A stretch of 64,000 nt of DNA, from assembly GCA_039799225.1 (NCBI GenBank), contig JBDLTF010000005.1, forward strand, positions 2,884-66,883, in the 5' to 3' direction. Source of the stretch: Candidatus Parcubacteria bacterium. Lineage in GTDB: Bacteria > Patescibacteriota > Minisyncoccia > Phycocordibacterales > PALSA-1337. Both the position numbers and the translations under genes were made by a program. The notes under the pieces are model-generated. The model was not told where the DNA came from and did not search any database. It saw nothing but the letters and a program-made list of their open reading frames with translations. Of this stretch, positions 36,455 through 45,299 are shown piece after piece (position 1 is the first letter of the stretch; the number at the start of each line of letters is the position of its first letter).

Positions 36455-39400
36455 TTATTCCTCGTCGACTCGAGGCTTGCTGGTAAGTTCGACGTTCAAT
36501 GCCAGACCGCGGAGCGTCTTGAGAAGCACATTGAATGATGCAGGAAGATTTGGAGCCTTTGGACGCTCACCCTTGACGATAGCATCGAAGGTCTGTGAAC
36601 GACCGACAATGTCGTCCGACTTGACCGTGAGGATTTCGCGGAGGGTATGAGCCGCACCGTGACCGAGCAATGCCCAGACCTCCATTTCTCCGAAGCGCTG
36701 ACCTCCACCCTGAGCCTTACCTCCGAGAGGCTGCTGCGTGATGAGAGAGTAAGGACCGATAGAACGCATGTGGATCTTGTCCTCAACCATGTGGTGCAAC
36801 TTGAGAATATACATGTATCCGACTGCGACTGGCTGTGCGAAGTGATCACCGGTGCGACCATCGCGGAGCTTCATTTTTCCTGAAGCATCGTAGCCTGCCT
36901 TCACAAGCTCTTCCTTGATTTCGGCTTCAGTAGCTCCTGCAAAAGGAGGAACGATAGCCTGATAACCAAGCTCGCTTGCTGCGAGTCCGAGGTGGAGCTC
37001 GAGAATCTGTCCGAGGTTCATACGTGATGGAACACCGAGAGGTGTGAGGATCACATCGATCGGGCGACCATCCTCCATGTATGGCATATCTTCCTCAGGA
37101 AGAATCCTTGAGATAACTCCTTTGTTACCGTGGCGTCCTGCCATCTTGTCTCCAACTGAAATATTACGAACCTGGGCGACCTCGATGTAGATCTTCTTGA
37201 TGATTCCTGACTCGAGCTTATCTCCCTTCTCGCGTGAGAATATCTTGACTGAAATAACGCGACCACGCTTACCGTTCTCCATGCGCTTGGAAGTATCCTT
37301 CACATCGCGAGCCTTCTCACCGAAGATAGAACGGAGGAGGCGCTCTTCTGGAGTAAGCTGTGTCTCACCCTTTGGTGAGATCTTACCGACGAGAATGTCG
37401 CCTGGGCGAACTTCTGCACCGATGCGGACGATACCCTCCTCAGTGAGGTTCTTGAGCTTAACTTCACCAACGTTTGGAATGTCACACGTAGTAACTTCAG
37501 GACCGAGCTTGGTGTCGCGCACGTTGACGACGAATTCCTCGATATGGATAGAGCTCCACTTGCTGTTCTTGACGACGCGCTCCGAAAGGATGATAGCGTC
37601 CTCGTAGTTGTTTCCAGACCATGACATGAAGGCGACGAGCGCGTTATGTCCGAGAGCGATCTGACCATTCTCTGAAGTTGAAGTATCAGCGAGCACATCT
37701 CCCTTCTTAACCTTATCGCCTGGTGAGACGATCGGGCGCTGATGGAAAGCGGTGAATCCGTTGGTACGAGAGAAGAGCACGAGTTTGTATTCATGCTTCT
37801 TACCCTTCTTGGAAACGAAGGTGATCTTCTTGGCATCTACGTGAGTGATCTCACCATCCTCAGGAGCGAGAATGAGACGACCTGTATCGATGACTGCCTT
37901 CTTCTCGATGCCGGTTGCGACGAATGGAGCCTCAGGAACGAGACATGGGGTTGCCTGCTTCTGCATGTTCGATCCCATGAGTGCGCGGTTTGCATCGTCA
38001 TGGTTCACGAATGGAATAAGTGAGGTTGCGATAGAGAAAGCCTGGTTGGTCGAAACGTCGATATAGTCGACATCCTTCTTGTGAGCCATAGCTGGCTTAC
38101 CGTTGATGCGGACTTCGATATCGTTGGCAGTAATCTCTCCCTTCTCATTGAATGCGGTTGCGGCGTGAGCAATACGGAAGTTCTCTTCCTCAAGAGCATT
38201 CATGTAGATGATCTCCTTGGTGATGACGCCATTCTTGACCTTAGCGTATGGAGTCTCGATCATGCCGAAATCATTGATGCGGGCATACATAGCGAGACGA
38301 AGCACGAGACCGATGTTCGGACCTTCAGGAGTGTGGATCGGACAGAGACGGCCGTAGTGAGATGGGTGAACGTCACGGACTTCGAAGCCGGCGCGCTCAC
38401 GTGAAAGACCACCAGGACCGAGGGCGGTGAGCTGGCGCAAGTTCTCGATTTCACCGAGAACGTTCTCCTGCTGCATGAACTGGGAGAGCTGGTTGGTAGT
38501 GAAGAATTCCTTGATACGTGCCTGGAGTGGACGTGGATAGATGAATGAGACAGGGAGAGTGACGTCTGGCTCGACAGTCGACATCTTGTCCTGGATATTA
38601 CGCTTCATCTGAGTAAGACCGAGACGGATACGCTGTTCGAGAAGCTCGCCAACGTAGCGAACACGGCGTGAACCGAGGTGGTCGATATCGTCAGGCTGAG
38701 TGTCTGGAGTAGTCGTAAGAGTAACGATGTGTGCGATTGTTGTCGCAATATCATCGATTGAGAGCGTGCGGCGCTCGAGCTCCTTCTCTTCCATAGACTT
38801 ACCGAAGCGCTTGTTGAAACGGAAACGACCAACACGAGAAAGGTCGTAACGATCTTCCTTGAGAAGTGTCTGAACGAAAGTACGTGCGTTCTCTGCAGTA
38901 GCGAGGTCACCATCGCGGAGACGCTTGTGGATCTCCATATATGCCTCATCCTTGGTCTTGGCATGATCCTTAGCAAGTGTCATCTCCAAAACCTTTACAG
39001 CCTCAGGATTTCCCTTGAAAAGCGCCATAATAGCCTCGTTGCTCTCTGCACCGAGGATGCGGAGGAGTGAGGTAACTGGGAACTTACGCTTGCGATCGAT
39101 ACGGCAGATGATCGATCCATCAGTGTCAGTCTCGATTTCCATCCATACACCGCGAGCTGGGATAACCTTTGCTCCGAAATAGTTCTTACCCTTCACCTCG
39201 TTGCCCGTGAAGAAGATACCAAATGAACGTGCGAGCTGAGGAGTGATGACACGCTCGACACCGTTGATGATGAATGTACCATGATCAGTCATGAGAGGAA
39301 GATCAGCGAGGAACATCTCCTGCTCTTTGACTACATTGAGAGACTTGTTCTTGAGAGTGACCTTGACCTTGATCTGACCCTCATAGTTGAGCTTGTTGTC

Positions 39401-39634
39401 CTTGGCATAGTGCTCGTTGAACTTCGGCTGCATGAGCTCAGGAGAGCCGATGGAGAGCTCAAACTTCTTACCGGCATAGTCGGTAATCGGTGAGAACTCG
39501 TCGAGAAGTCCCTTGATACCCTTCTCAATGAGCTGGGCAAAGGAGACGAGCTGGGATTCCACAAGGTGCGGCATCTCTGTGAGCGGGGCCTGGTAGCGGG
39601 AAAAGAATTTCTTCGGGCGGATGGTAGTGGTCAT
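36455..39634 (-). CDS. rpoB: DNA-directed RNA polymerase subunit beta
   Basis: 1059 aa with conserved beta-subunit blocks. Immediately upstream of rpoC. Confidence 0.95.
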   Translation of the reverse strand: MTTTIRPKKFFSRYQAPLTEMPHLVESQLVSFAQLIEKGIKGLLDEFSPITDYAGKKFELSIGSPELMQPKFNEHYAKDNKLNYEGQIKVKVTLKNKSLNVVKEQEMFLADLPLMTDHGTFIINGVERVITPQLARSFGIFFTGNEVKGKNYFGAKVIPARGVWMEIETDTDGSIICRIDRKRKFPVTSLLRILGAESNEAIMALFKGNPEAVKVLEMTLAKDHAKTKDEAYMEIHKRLRDGDLATAENARTFVQTLLKEDRYDLSRVGRFRFNKRFGKSMEEKELERRTLSIDDIATTIAHIVTLTTTPDTQPDDIDHLGSRRVRYVGELLEQRIRLGLTQMKRNIQDKMSTVEPDVTLPVSFIYPRPLQARIKEFFTTNQLSQFMQQENVLGEIENLRQLTALGPGGLSRERAGFEVRDVHPSHYGRLCPIHTPEGPNIGLVLRLAMYARINDFGMIETPYAKVKNGVITKEIIYMNALEEENFRIAHAATAFNEKGEITANDIEVRINGKPAMAHKKDVDYIDVSTNQAFSIATSLIPFVNHDDANRALMGSNMQKQATPCLVPEAPFVATGIEKKAVIDTGRLILAPEDGEITHVDAKKITFVSKKGKKHEYKLVLFSRTNGFTAFHQRPIVSPGDKVKKGDVLADTSTSENGQIALGHNALVAFMSWSGNNYEDAIILSERVVKNSKWSSIHIEEFVVNVRDTKLGPEVTTCDIPNVGEVKLKNLTEEGIVRIGAEVRPGDILVGKISPKGETQLTPEERLLRSIFGEKARDVKDTSKRMENGKRGRVISVKIFSREKGDKLESGIIKKIYIEVAQVRNISVGDKMAGRHGNKGVISRILPEEDMPYMEDGRPIDVILTPLGVPSRMNLGQILELHLGLAASELGYQAIVPPFAGATEAEIKEELVKAGYDASGKMKLRDGRTGDHFAQPVAVGYMYILKLHHMVEDKIHMRSIGPYSLITQQPLGGKAQGGGQRFGEMEVWALLGHGAAHTLREILTVKSDDIVGRSQTFDAIVKGERPKAPNLPASFNVLLKTLRGLALNVELTSKPRVDEE

Positions 39635-39860
39635 GTTTTTTGTAAATTATTAAATGCTGACGGGAACCGAACGACGACAAACACGCAAAAAGTCCGTTTG
39701 TGGATAAACGGGTATTGATTTCACTGCGGGGCTAGCGAGTGATAGACACGAGTAGGATTAATGATGGACCTTTCTAATCCTCCGCTAAAGCAGAACACAA
39801 TCTGCGAAGTTGTGTCTACCCTATCATATACATATAGAAAGTCAAGCGTTTTGAGGGCTG

Positions 39861-39910
39861 GGGATAACCCGAGGTGCATTACCTCGGAGCAATCCTCTGT
39901 GAGGATAACC
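39861..39910. repeat. structured 50-nt element, copy A: GGATAACC-hairpin1-GAGCA-hairpin2-GGATAACC
   Basis: GGATAACCCGAGGTGCATTACCTCGGAGCAATCCTCTGTGAGGATAACC. Copy B at 53953-54003 has compensatory changes that preserve hairpin 1. Confidence 0.6.
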
Positions 39911-40626
39911 TACTTCCCCTTCTTCTTACCCTGACCTTCGTCGGCCCGCCTTTCTAGGCGCCACTGATCCATCTTGGCATGATGACCGCTCAAGAGTACC
40001 TTGGGTACCCTATATTTCTTGCCTTTGTATTCGATAACTTCAGGGCGAGTATAGACATCTGGGCTGGCGATGCGTTCCTCTTCTATAGACTGAATATCAC
40101 CCAAAACCCCTGGAATACGACGAGTTATCGTATCTATCATGATCATAGCCGCCAATTCTCCTCCAGTAATGACATAGGGGCCAACTGAAACATCTACCAT
40201 AGGGAAAGCCTTCTTCACGCGAGCGTCGATACCTTCATAGCGACCACAGACGAAGACAATGTCAGTATATTTCTTGAATGTCTCAGCCATCTCATTGGTG
40301 AACTGCTTCCCTGCTGGACTGAAGAAAACGATCTTCACTTTTGCTTTGCCAGACTTGGTCTTCACCTTTTTTCCAATAGCGGATTCAACGGCTTTGATTA
40401 CCGGTAATGCCTCGATAACCATTCCCGGTCCTCCTCCATATGGTCTATCATCAACACGACGCTCTGCATAGGTCTGCTTCTTCTTATTTGCTGAAATAGT
40501 AAAGTCGCGTGGATTGTAGTATTTGAGAGCGATGAGACCCTTCTCCTGGGCACGCTTCAAGATAGAGGCGTTGAGGTACGACTCGGTACTTTCTGGAAAG
40601 AGAGTTATGAGGTGGTAGGTGGTCAT
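39910..40626 (-). CDS. trmD: tRNA (guanine37-N1)-methyltransferase
   Basis: MTTYHLITLFPE N-terminus, SPOUT fold motifs. Sits in the rpsP operon context. Confidence 0.9.
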   Translation of the reverse strand: MTTYHLITLFPESTESYLNASILKRAQEKGLIALKYYNPRDFTISANKKKQTYAERRVDDRPYGGGPGMVIEALPVIKAVESAIGKKVKTKSGKAKVKIVFFSPAGKQFTNEMAETFKKYTDIVFVCGRYEGIDARVKKAFPMVDVSVGPYVITGGELAAMIMIDTITRRIPGVLGDIQSIEEERIASPDVYTRPEVIEYKGKKYRVPKVLLSGHHAKMDQWRLERRADEGQGKKKGK

Positions 40627-40686
40627 GTATAACGAAAATCGTGATACCCTAGAGTACCACGATTTTCAAAAAATGTCACTATTTTA

Positions 40687-41037
40687 CTAGTCGAGCTTGA
40701 GATCTGCCATCGCTTCATCCACAGTCTTGGAATTTGGAGTAACGAGTGGAACTGCATTGGTCTGACCTATACGCTCAGGATCCTTGAGACCACCAATAGG
40801 CTCGTTAATCTTGAGGTTTACACGGGAATTGTTCTTCATACCGACAACGCGGAGAAGTGTACGGACTGCCTTGGCGGTGTTGCCCTGGCGACCGATAATC
40901 TTGCCCATATCTGCTGCGCCAACCTCAAGTGTGAGGAGAACGCCCATTTCGTCGACCGTACGGGTCGTCTTTACCTCATTTGGATTGTCTACTAACGCTT
41001 TGATAACATAGTCGAGGAATTCTTGATCTTTCTGCAT
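40687..41037 (-). CDS. KH-domain RNA-binding protein (YlqC/UPF0109 family)
   Basis: GKIIGRQGNTAKAVRTLL is a KH GXXG motif. Positioned between rpsP and trmD as in many bacteria. Confidence 0.8.
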   Translation of the reverse strand: MQKDQEFLDYVIKALVDNPNEVKTTRTVDEMGVLLTLEVGAADMGKIIGRQGNTAKAVRTLLRVVGMKNNSRVNLKINEPIGGLKDPERIGQTNAVPLVTPNSKTVDEAMADLKLD

Positions 41038-41119
41038 AATCGTTAGGTTTATCTCGTAATCGTACAGTTCGCTGTACTGGAATAATTGTAACAGACATTT
41101 AGTAGGTAAGGCAACATCC

Positions 41120-41237
41120 GAAACCCTAAACCCTAAATCCTAAGTACTAAACTCTAAACAAATCCAAAGCCCTAAATTCAAAATCCTAAACTCAGAAGCT
41201 GAATTTAGGATTTAGAGCTTAGGGTTTAGAGTTTCTC
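41120..41237. repeat. CTAAA/CCCTAAA-rich imperfect palindrome between rpsP and the KH gene
   Basis: GAAACCCTAAACCCTAAATCCTAAG...AAATCCTAAACTCAGAAGCTGAATTTAGGATTTAGAGCTTAGGGTTTAGAGTTTC. Central stem AATCCTAAA/TTTAGGATT. Confidence 0.5.
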
Positions 41238-41238
41238 C

Positions 41239-41619
41239 TTATGCCGCTACTGGAGCTGCCTCAGCAGCAGGAGTTGCTTCAGCGGCAGGAGCAGGAGCTG
41301 CTGCAGGTGTAGCGGCCTCGGCTGGAGCTTCTGACTTCTGGACAGTCTTCTTTGGGAGAGCGTTGATTTTCTTGCCAGTGATAACCTTGTTTGAAACGAG
41401 GAAATTGTGGAGAGTAACTGAGAGCTTTGCACCCTTGGACATCCAGTCCTTGATAGCCTCGACTTCGAGCTGTTCTACCTTGTTCTTGATGCGAGTATCA
41501 TACCAGCCGAGAATCTTGAGATAGCGACCGCTCTTAGGGCCGTTCTTGGAATCAGTCAAAACGACACGAAACGTTGGTTCGTGTTTGCGTCCTGTGCGCT
41601 GTAGGCGGATCATCAACAT
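41239..41619 (-). CDS. rpsP: 30S ribosomal protein S16 with Ala/Pro/Glu-rich C-terminal extension
   Basis: MLMIRLQRTGRKHEPTFRVVLTDS is a canonical S16 N-terminus. The table ORF start at 41697 adds an implausible N-extension. About 45 aa of low-complexity tail. Confidence 0.85.
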   Translation of the reverse strand: MLMIRLQRTGRKHEPTFRVVLTDSKNGPKSGRYLKILGWYDTRIKNKVEQLEVEAIKDWMSKGAKLSVTLHNFLVSNKVITGKKINALPKKTVQKSEAPAEAATPAAAPAPAAEATPAAEAAPVAA

Positions 41620-41739
41620 GTGTCGAGAAATACTAACAGAAGCTTGTAAAAAATGCAAATCAGCTTGAATGACCAATAACCAAGATACAATCACCAAACA
41701 TCCGTTTCTGCTATTTGGTTATTGTATCTTGGTTATTGG

Positions 41740-42936
41740 TTATTTACTCAAGATTTCACCGATAGCCTTCAATGCTGCCCTTATATCATTCTTCTTCGTC
41801 CACCTACCGAACGAGAATCTCATAGAACTCTTGGTGTCAGCTCCCATGGCTTTGAGCACATATGACTCATCCTCATCGCGAAGACACGAGCTCTTGGTCG
41901 AGCATGCTATGCCGCGTGCATCCAGCTGGAATAAGAAGAACTCGTTATCGATTCCAGGAATAGAAACATTCAAGATATGTGGCGAAACTTCGGCGCCTTC
42001 TCCATTTACAGAGATATCTGAACGAATAGATTTCAGACCTGACACCATCATCTCTCGTAGTTCACCAATTCTTTCAACCTCAGTATTCTTATCTGTCTCC
42101 GTTGAACCACGTTCAGCCGCGGCAATTTCCAGTGCCTTAGCAAAGCCCATAATACCAGGAATGTTTTCTGTGCTTGAGCGGAGTCCTCTCTCCTGACCTC
42201 CACCGCGGACAATAGCCTCGATCGGTGTATCACGCTTCACATAGAGACATCCAATGCCACGCGGTCCATACGCCTTCGAACCATCGAGAGTAAGTAGATC
42301 AACTCCGAGCTTCTCGACGAATAATTCTTGGTAGAGAACAGCTTGAGCGGCGTCAGTATGGAAGAGTGGGTAGTGTGACTCTGCCTTATTCAAAGCCTTC
42401 TTGGCCTGCCTGATAACCTTCGCAATCTCACGGATAGGTTGTATTGCACCCGTCTCATTATTCACGGTCATTATTGAGACGAGAATGGTGTTCGGCTTGA
42501 TAGCATCCTTAATTTCTTCGATAGATACAACTCCTGAAACATTCACCGGGACACGAGTCACTTCACAGCCATGATTCTCCATCATCTTCGCGGTTTCGAG
42601 GATAGACGAGTGCTCGATAGCAGAAATGATGATGTGAGGCTTCTCAATACCGGAATTGACCGCTGCACGAGCGACACCTTCCAGTGCCAAGCCATTTGCC
42701 TCAGTACCACTCGAAGTGAAGACAATCTCATCAGAATGAGCATGAATGAAACTCGCAATCGATGTTCGAGCTGCGGACAATGATTTCTTGGCGAAGACAC
42801 CTTCTTTGTACAAAGAAGAAGGATTGGCGAACTGTTCAGAGGAATGCTTCAAAACTTCCCTCGCGACGCGCTGGTCGATAGGGGTCAGTGAGGCATAGTC
42901 GAGATATATACGACGCTTGAATAAACGATTCAACAT
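41740..42936 (-). CDS. cysteine desulfurase (class V aminotransferase, NifS/IscS-like)
   Basis: PLP-fold motifs SSGTEANGLALEG, PLP-lysine region LDGSKAYGPRGIG, active Cys loop region. Confidence 0.85.
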   Translation of the reverse strand: MLNRLFKRRIYLDYASLTPIDQRVAREVLKHSSEQFANPSSLYKEGVFAKKSLSAARTSIASFIHAHSDEIVFTSSGTEANGLALEGVARAAVNSGIEKPHIIISAIEHSSILETAKMMENHGCEVTRVPVNVSGVVSIEEIKDAIKPNTILVSIMTVNNETGAIQPIREIAKVIRQAKKALNKAESHYPLFHTDAAQAVLYQELFVEKLGVDLLTLDGSKAYGPRGIGCLYVKRDTPIEAIVRGGGQERGLRSSTENIPGIMGFAKALEIAAAERGSTETDKNTEVERIGELREMMVSGLKSIRSDISVNGEGAEVSPHILNVSIPGIDNEFFLFQLDARGIACSTKSSCLRDEDESYVLKAMGADTKSSMRFSFGRWTKKNDIRAALKAIGEILSK

Positions 42937-42974
42937 AGAACTTCATGGTAGTGCAAAATCTTGACACAGTCAAT

Positions 42975-43008
42975 AAAAAGAGTCGCAACCTTGTGGGCTG
43001 CGACTCGT
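42975..43008 (-). terminator. rho-independent terminator (minus-strand sense)
   Basis: On minus: GAGTCGCAGCCCACAAGGTTGCGACTC followed by TTTTT. Confidence 0.65.
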
Positions 43009-43018
43009 GAACACTTTT

Positions 43019-43255
43019 CTATTTCTTACGAACCTTCGCCGAACGAATGGGGCGTGGGAGGTTGCGCGGTGCACCAGTACGACCTGGCATCTGAGGCCCG
43101 TTATTCACCGTCAATCCAGGAGAGGTGAACGTCTGAGTCTTGGATCTTATTTTGAGCCACTCATCATTGACTCCTGCCGGTAAAACAACTAAATGACACA
43201 CTGCTCCGAGGAACAAGTACATTCTGCAACAACCTTCTTGGTGATTCCAATTCAT
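43019..43255 (-). CDS. hypothetical small basic-tailed protein
   Basis: 78-aa ORF ending PRPIRSAKVRKK, followed by a terminator. A 72-aa ORF (43252-43470) overlaps by ATGA upstream. No family recognised. Confidence 0.3.
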   Translation of the reverse strand: MNWNHQEGCCRMYLFLGAVCHLVVLPAGVNDEWLKIRSKTQTFTSPGLTVNNGPQMPGRTGAPRNLPRPIRSAKVRKK

Positions 43256-43549
43256 GCGAATCCTCCTTCCAAGGCGAACCTGAATGCTGGACTAGGAATG
43301 AACGACCCTAATGAGCATGGCCGTTTACGATCTACAGGTTGAACCTGCTGTGATTCTTGCTCAACAGTGTCTTCAGGTTCCAACTCAGGCTCTGGGGGAG
43401 CCCAATGGAAGAAAAACACCGCACCGAGCAACGTAACCGTAACTGAACTACCCTCTTTGATAGTGTACATAGCTACCCGTGAATATAGCGCACTCAGCGG
43501 ACATATTCAACGAACATCGGCATGTTCAATTCTCTTCATCCGATATATA

Positions 43550-44038
43550 ATGTCCCGCATGACACCCCTCACTTCCAACCCCCTTCTCATCGGATTTATC
43601 ATTCTCTGCATCGCAACAATCATTCTCCTCGGCCTTGTCATCTGGATGTACCTCAAACTCCGCCGTTTCCTCATCGGCGTCGACGCTCACCATATCGGTG
43701 ATTCGCTCCAAAGTGTTTCTGGTGATCTCAGAGACCTCCAGTCATTCCGCACCAATATGGAGGAATATCTCATCAACGTCGAGAAGCGTCTTCGCAAGAG
43801 TGTGCAATCAGTTCACACGGTCCGTTTCAATCCTTTCAAGGGTACTGGTGGTGGAAGCAACCAGAGCTTCGCTACTACTCTCCTTACAGAGGACGGCGAT
43901 GGTGTCATCATCTCCAGTCTCTATGCCCGCGACCATGTGAGTGTCTTCGGCAAGCCAGTCTCCAAACATCAATCTGCTCATGAGCTTTCGGAAGAAGAGA
44001 ATGAATCTCTCGAGAATGCAAAGAAAGGTTTGAAATAA
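43550..44038 (+). CDS. hypothetical membrane protein with C-terminal coiled-coil/acidic region
   Basis: Start moved to MSRMTPLTS. One TM (LLIGFIILCIATIILLGLVIWMYL). Terminator follows. Confidence 0.5.
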   Translation: MSRMTPLTSNPLLIGFIILCIATIILLGLVIWMYLKLRRFLIGVDAHHIGDSLQSVSGDLRDLQSFRTNMEEYLINVEKRLRKSVQSVHTVRFNPFKGTGGGSNQSFATTLLTEDGDGVIISSLYARDHVSVFGKPVSKHQSAHELSEEENESLENAKKGLK

Positions 44039-44046
44039 GCGTTATA

Positions 44047-44080
44047 CAAAAAATCCCAACCAGTTCGGTTGGGATTTTTG
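44047..44080. terminator. bidirectional rho-independent terminator
   Basis: AAAAAATCCCAACCAGTTCGGTTGGGATTTTTG. Confidence 0.75.
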
Positions 44081-44097
44081 ATAGATACTTCTTTCCT

Positions 44098-45204
44098 CTA
44101 TATCTCCTCAATATCAGACACCACACATCTGTTTCCATTGACTTTATATCCTGTCTCACAGGTATATACACAGTAGAGACCGGTTCCCGGTGTAGGACAC
44201 GAAGTCCTCAAATCTGTTCTGAGACCTGCATATCCGTCTGGAAGAGGACTATATGTGACATCTGCACATTGTAATGATCTTGTCGGTCGAGTACATGACA
44301 ATGTAGGAGCTGAGTATGGATTAACAGTCACATTAACTGTTCTCGTCTGAGGAGTTCCTCCTTCTGTACATGTGAATACTATACTTTTCGTTGTTGCTGA
44401 TGCTGACGTATTTGTGAACAGTATCGATCCTGATCCTGAATTAGCGACCGATCCACTCGTCCAACCACTTGTGACAGTAGCAGCTCCACTTGAGCTCTTC
44501 TGACAAGAAGAGTATCCAGCAGTGGCTGTCCATGATGTTAGTGCTGTAGCTTCGCCACTGGAATTTGCAGTGAGAGTAACTGATCCTGATGAACTCGTGT
44601 TAACAGTGGCTGATCCAACAGTGAGACTCATGCTACTGGAACCACCTGTAACTGTCGTATCAACACCTGTTGTTGGACTGAACCTAAGCCAACCAACCAC
44701 ATCGCTTCCCCATGAATATCCTTTGAGAGTAGCTGTGCCACTGTCCACTGCATAAGTAACACCTCCTGTTCCAGCTGTATTTCCCGTCGCATAATTAGTT
44801 CCAGAAAGACTAATCCAACCATCCCATCCATCAGAACGTGTAGCACTCGCACAATCCTTATTGACGGTTCCCGCACAAGCGCGCACCCATCCAAACACAT
44901 TGCCGTTTGTAGTGTTCACGGATGCGTTTGAACCGCTCAATGGCATACCAGTAAGCCCACCAAACTTAATCCATCCAACATTTGATGACCATGCATATCC
45001 AGTGAGATCACCATCAGTTTCGAGCTGAACCTTGTATGGTCCGCCACCTGCTCCTGAGTCAGAAGAATTGAAGCTCATCCATCCTATGTTGGATGACCAT
45101 GCCCAACCACTCAAATCTCGAGTAGTTGCTTGCGCATTGACGGCAAGAGTGGCCGTCGCTAGCAAGACGATGAGAACAAGAGCTCCCCAAAGGTATTTCT
45201 TCAT
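44098..45204 (-). CDS. secreted Gly/Ser/Thr-rich repeat protein with Trp-containing repeats and Cys-rich C-terminus
   Basis: Signal peptide MKKYLWGALVLIVLLATATLAVNA. Repeats GWAWSSNIGWMSF / GYAWSSNVGWIKF / GYSWGSDVVGWLRF. 8 Cys in the last 70 aa. Confidence 0.6.
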   Translation of the reverse strand: MKKYLWGALVLIVLLATATLAVNAQATTRDLSGWAWSSNIGWMSFNSSDSGAGGGPYKVQLETDGDLTGYAWSSNVGWIKFGGLTGMPLSGSNASVNTTNGNVFGWVRACAGTVNKDCASATRSDGWDGWISLSGTNYATGNTAGTGGVTYAVDSGTATLKGYSWGSDVVGWLRFSPTTGVDTTVTGGSSSMSLTVGSATVNTSSSGSVTLTANSSGEATALTSWTATAGYSSCQKSSSGAATVTSGWTSGSVANSGSGSILFTNTSASATTKSIVFTCTEGGTPQTRTVNVTVNPYSAPTLSCTRPTRSLQCADVTYSPLPDGYAGLRTDLRTSCPTPGTGLYCVYTCETGYKVNGNRCVVSDIEEI

Positions 45205-45299
45205 GTAGATAAATAGAGGTTAAAAGAGATAATTACCCCATCATTTTATCGTATATTCAATTAATACACGATGGTGGCGTGTGGATAGCAGGTATGAAC

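Noticed and set aside
32723-39634. Numerous 60-230-aa antisense and alternative-frame ORFs inside rpoB/rpoC (for example 35360-36055, 37300-37836)
   Set aside because: They lie entirely within long, confidently identified RNAP genes. They have Ser/Arg-rich low-complexity translations typical of off-frame reading.
41120-41160. Telomere-like CCCTAAA repeats, suggesting a linear replicon end or eukaryotic contamination
   Set aside because: Only two tandem heptamers, embedded within a bacterial ribosomal operon on a continuous contig. Interpreted as part of a CTAAA-rich palindromic spacer.
43252-43470. 72-aa minus-strand ORF upstream of 43019-43255
   Set aside because: No recognisable features. 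It partly overlaps the N-terminal extension of the plus-strand ORF. Left unannotated, though it could be co-translated with the downstream small ORF (ATGA overlap).
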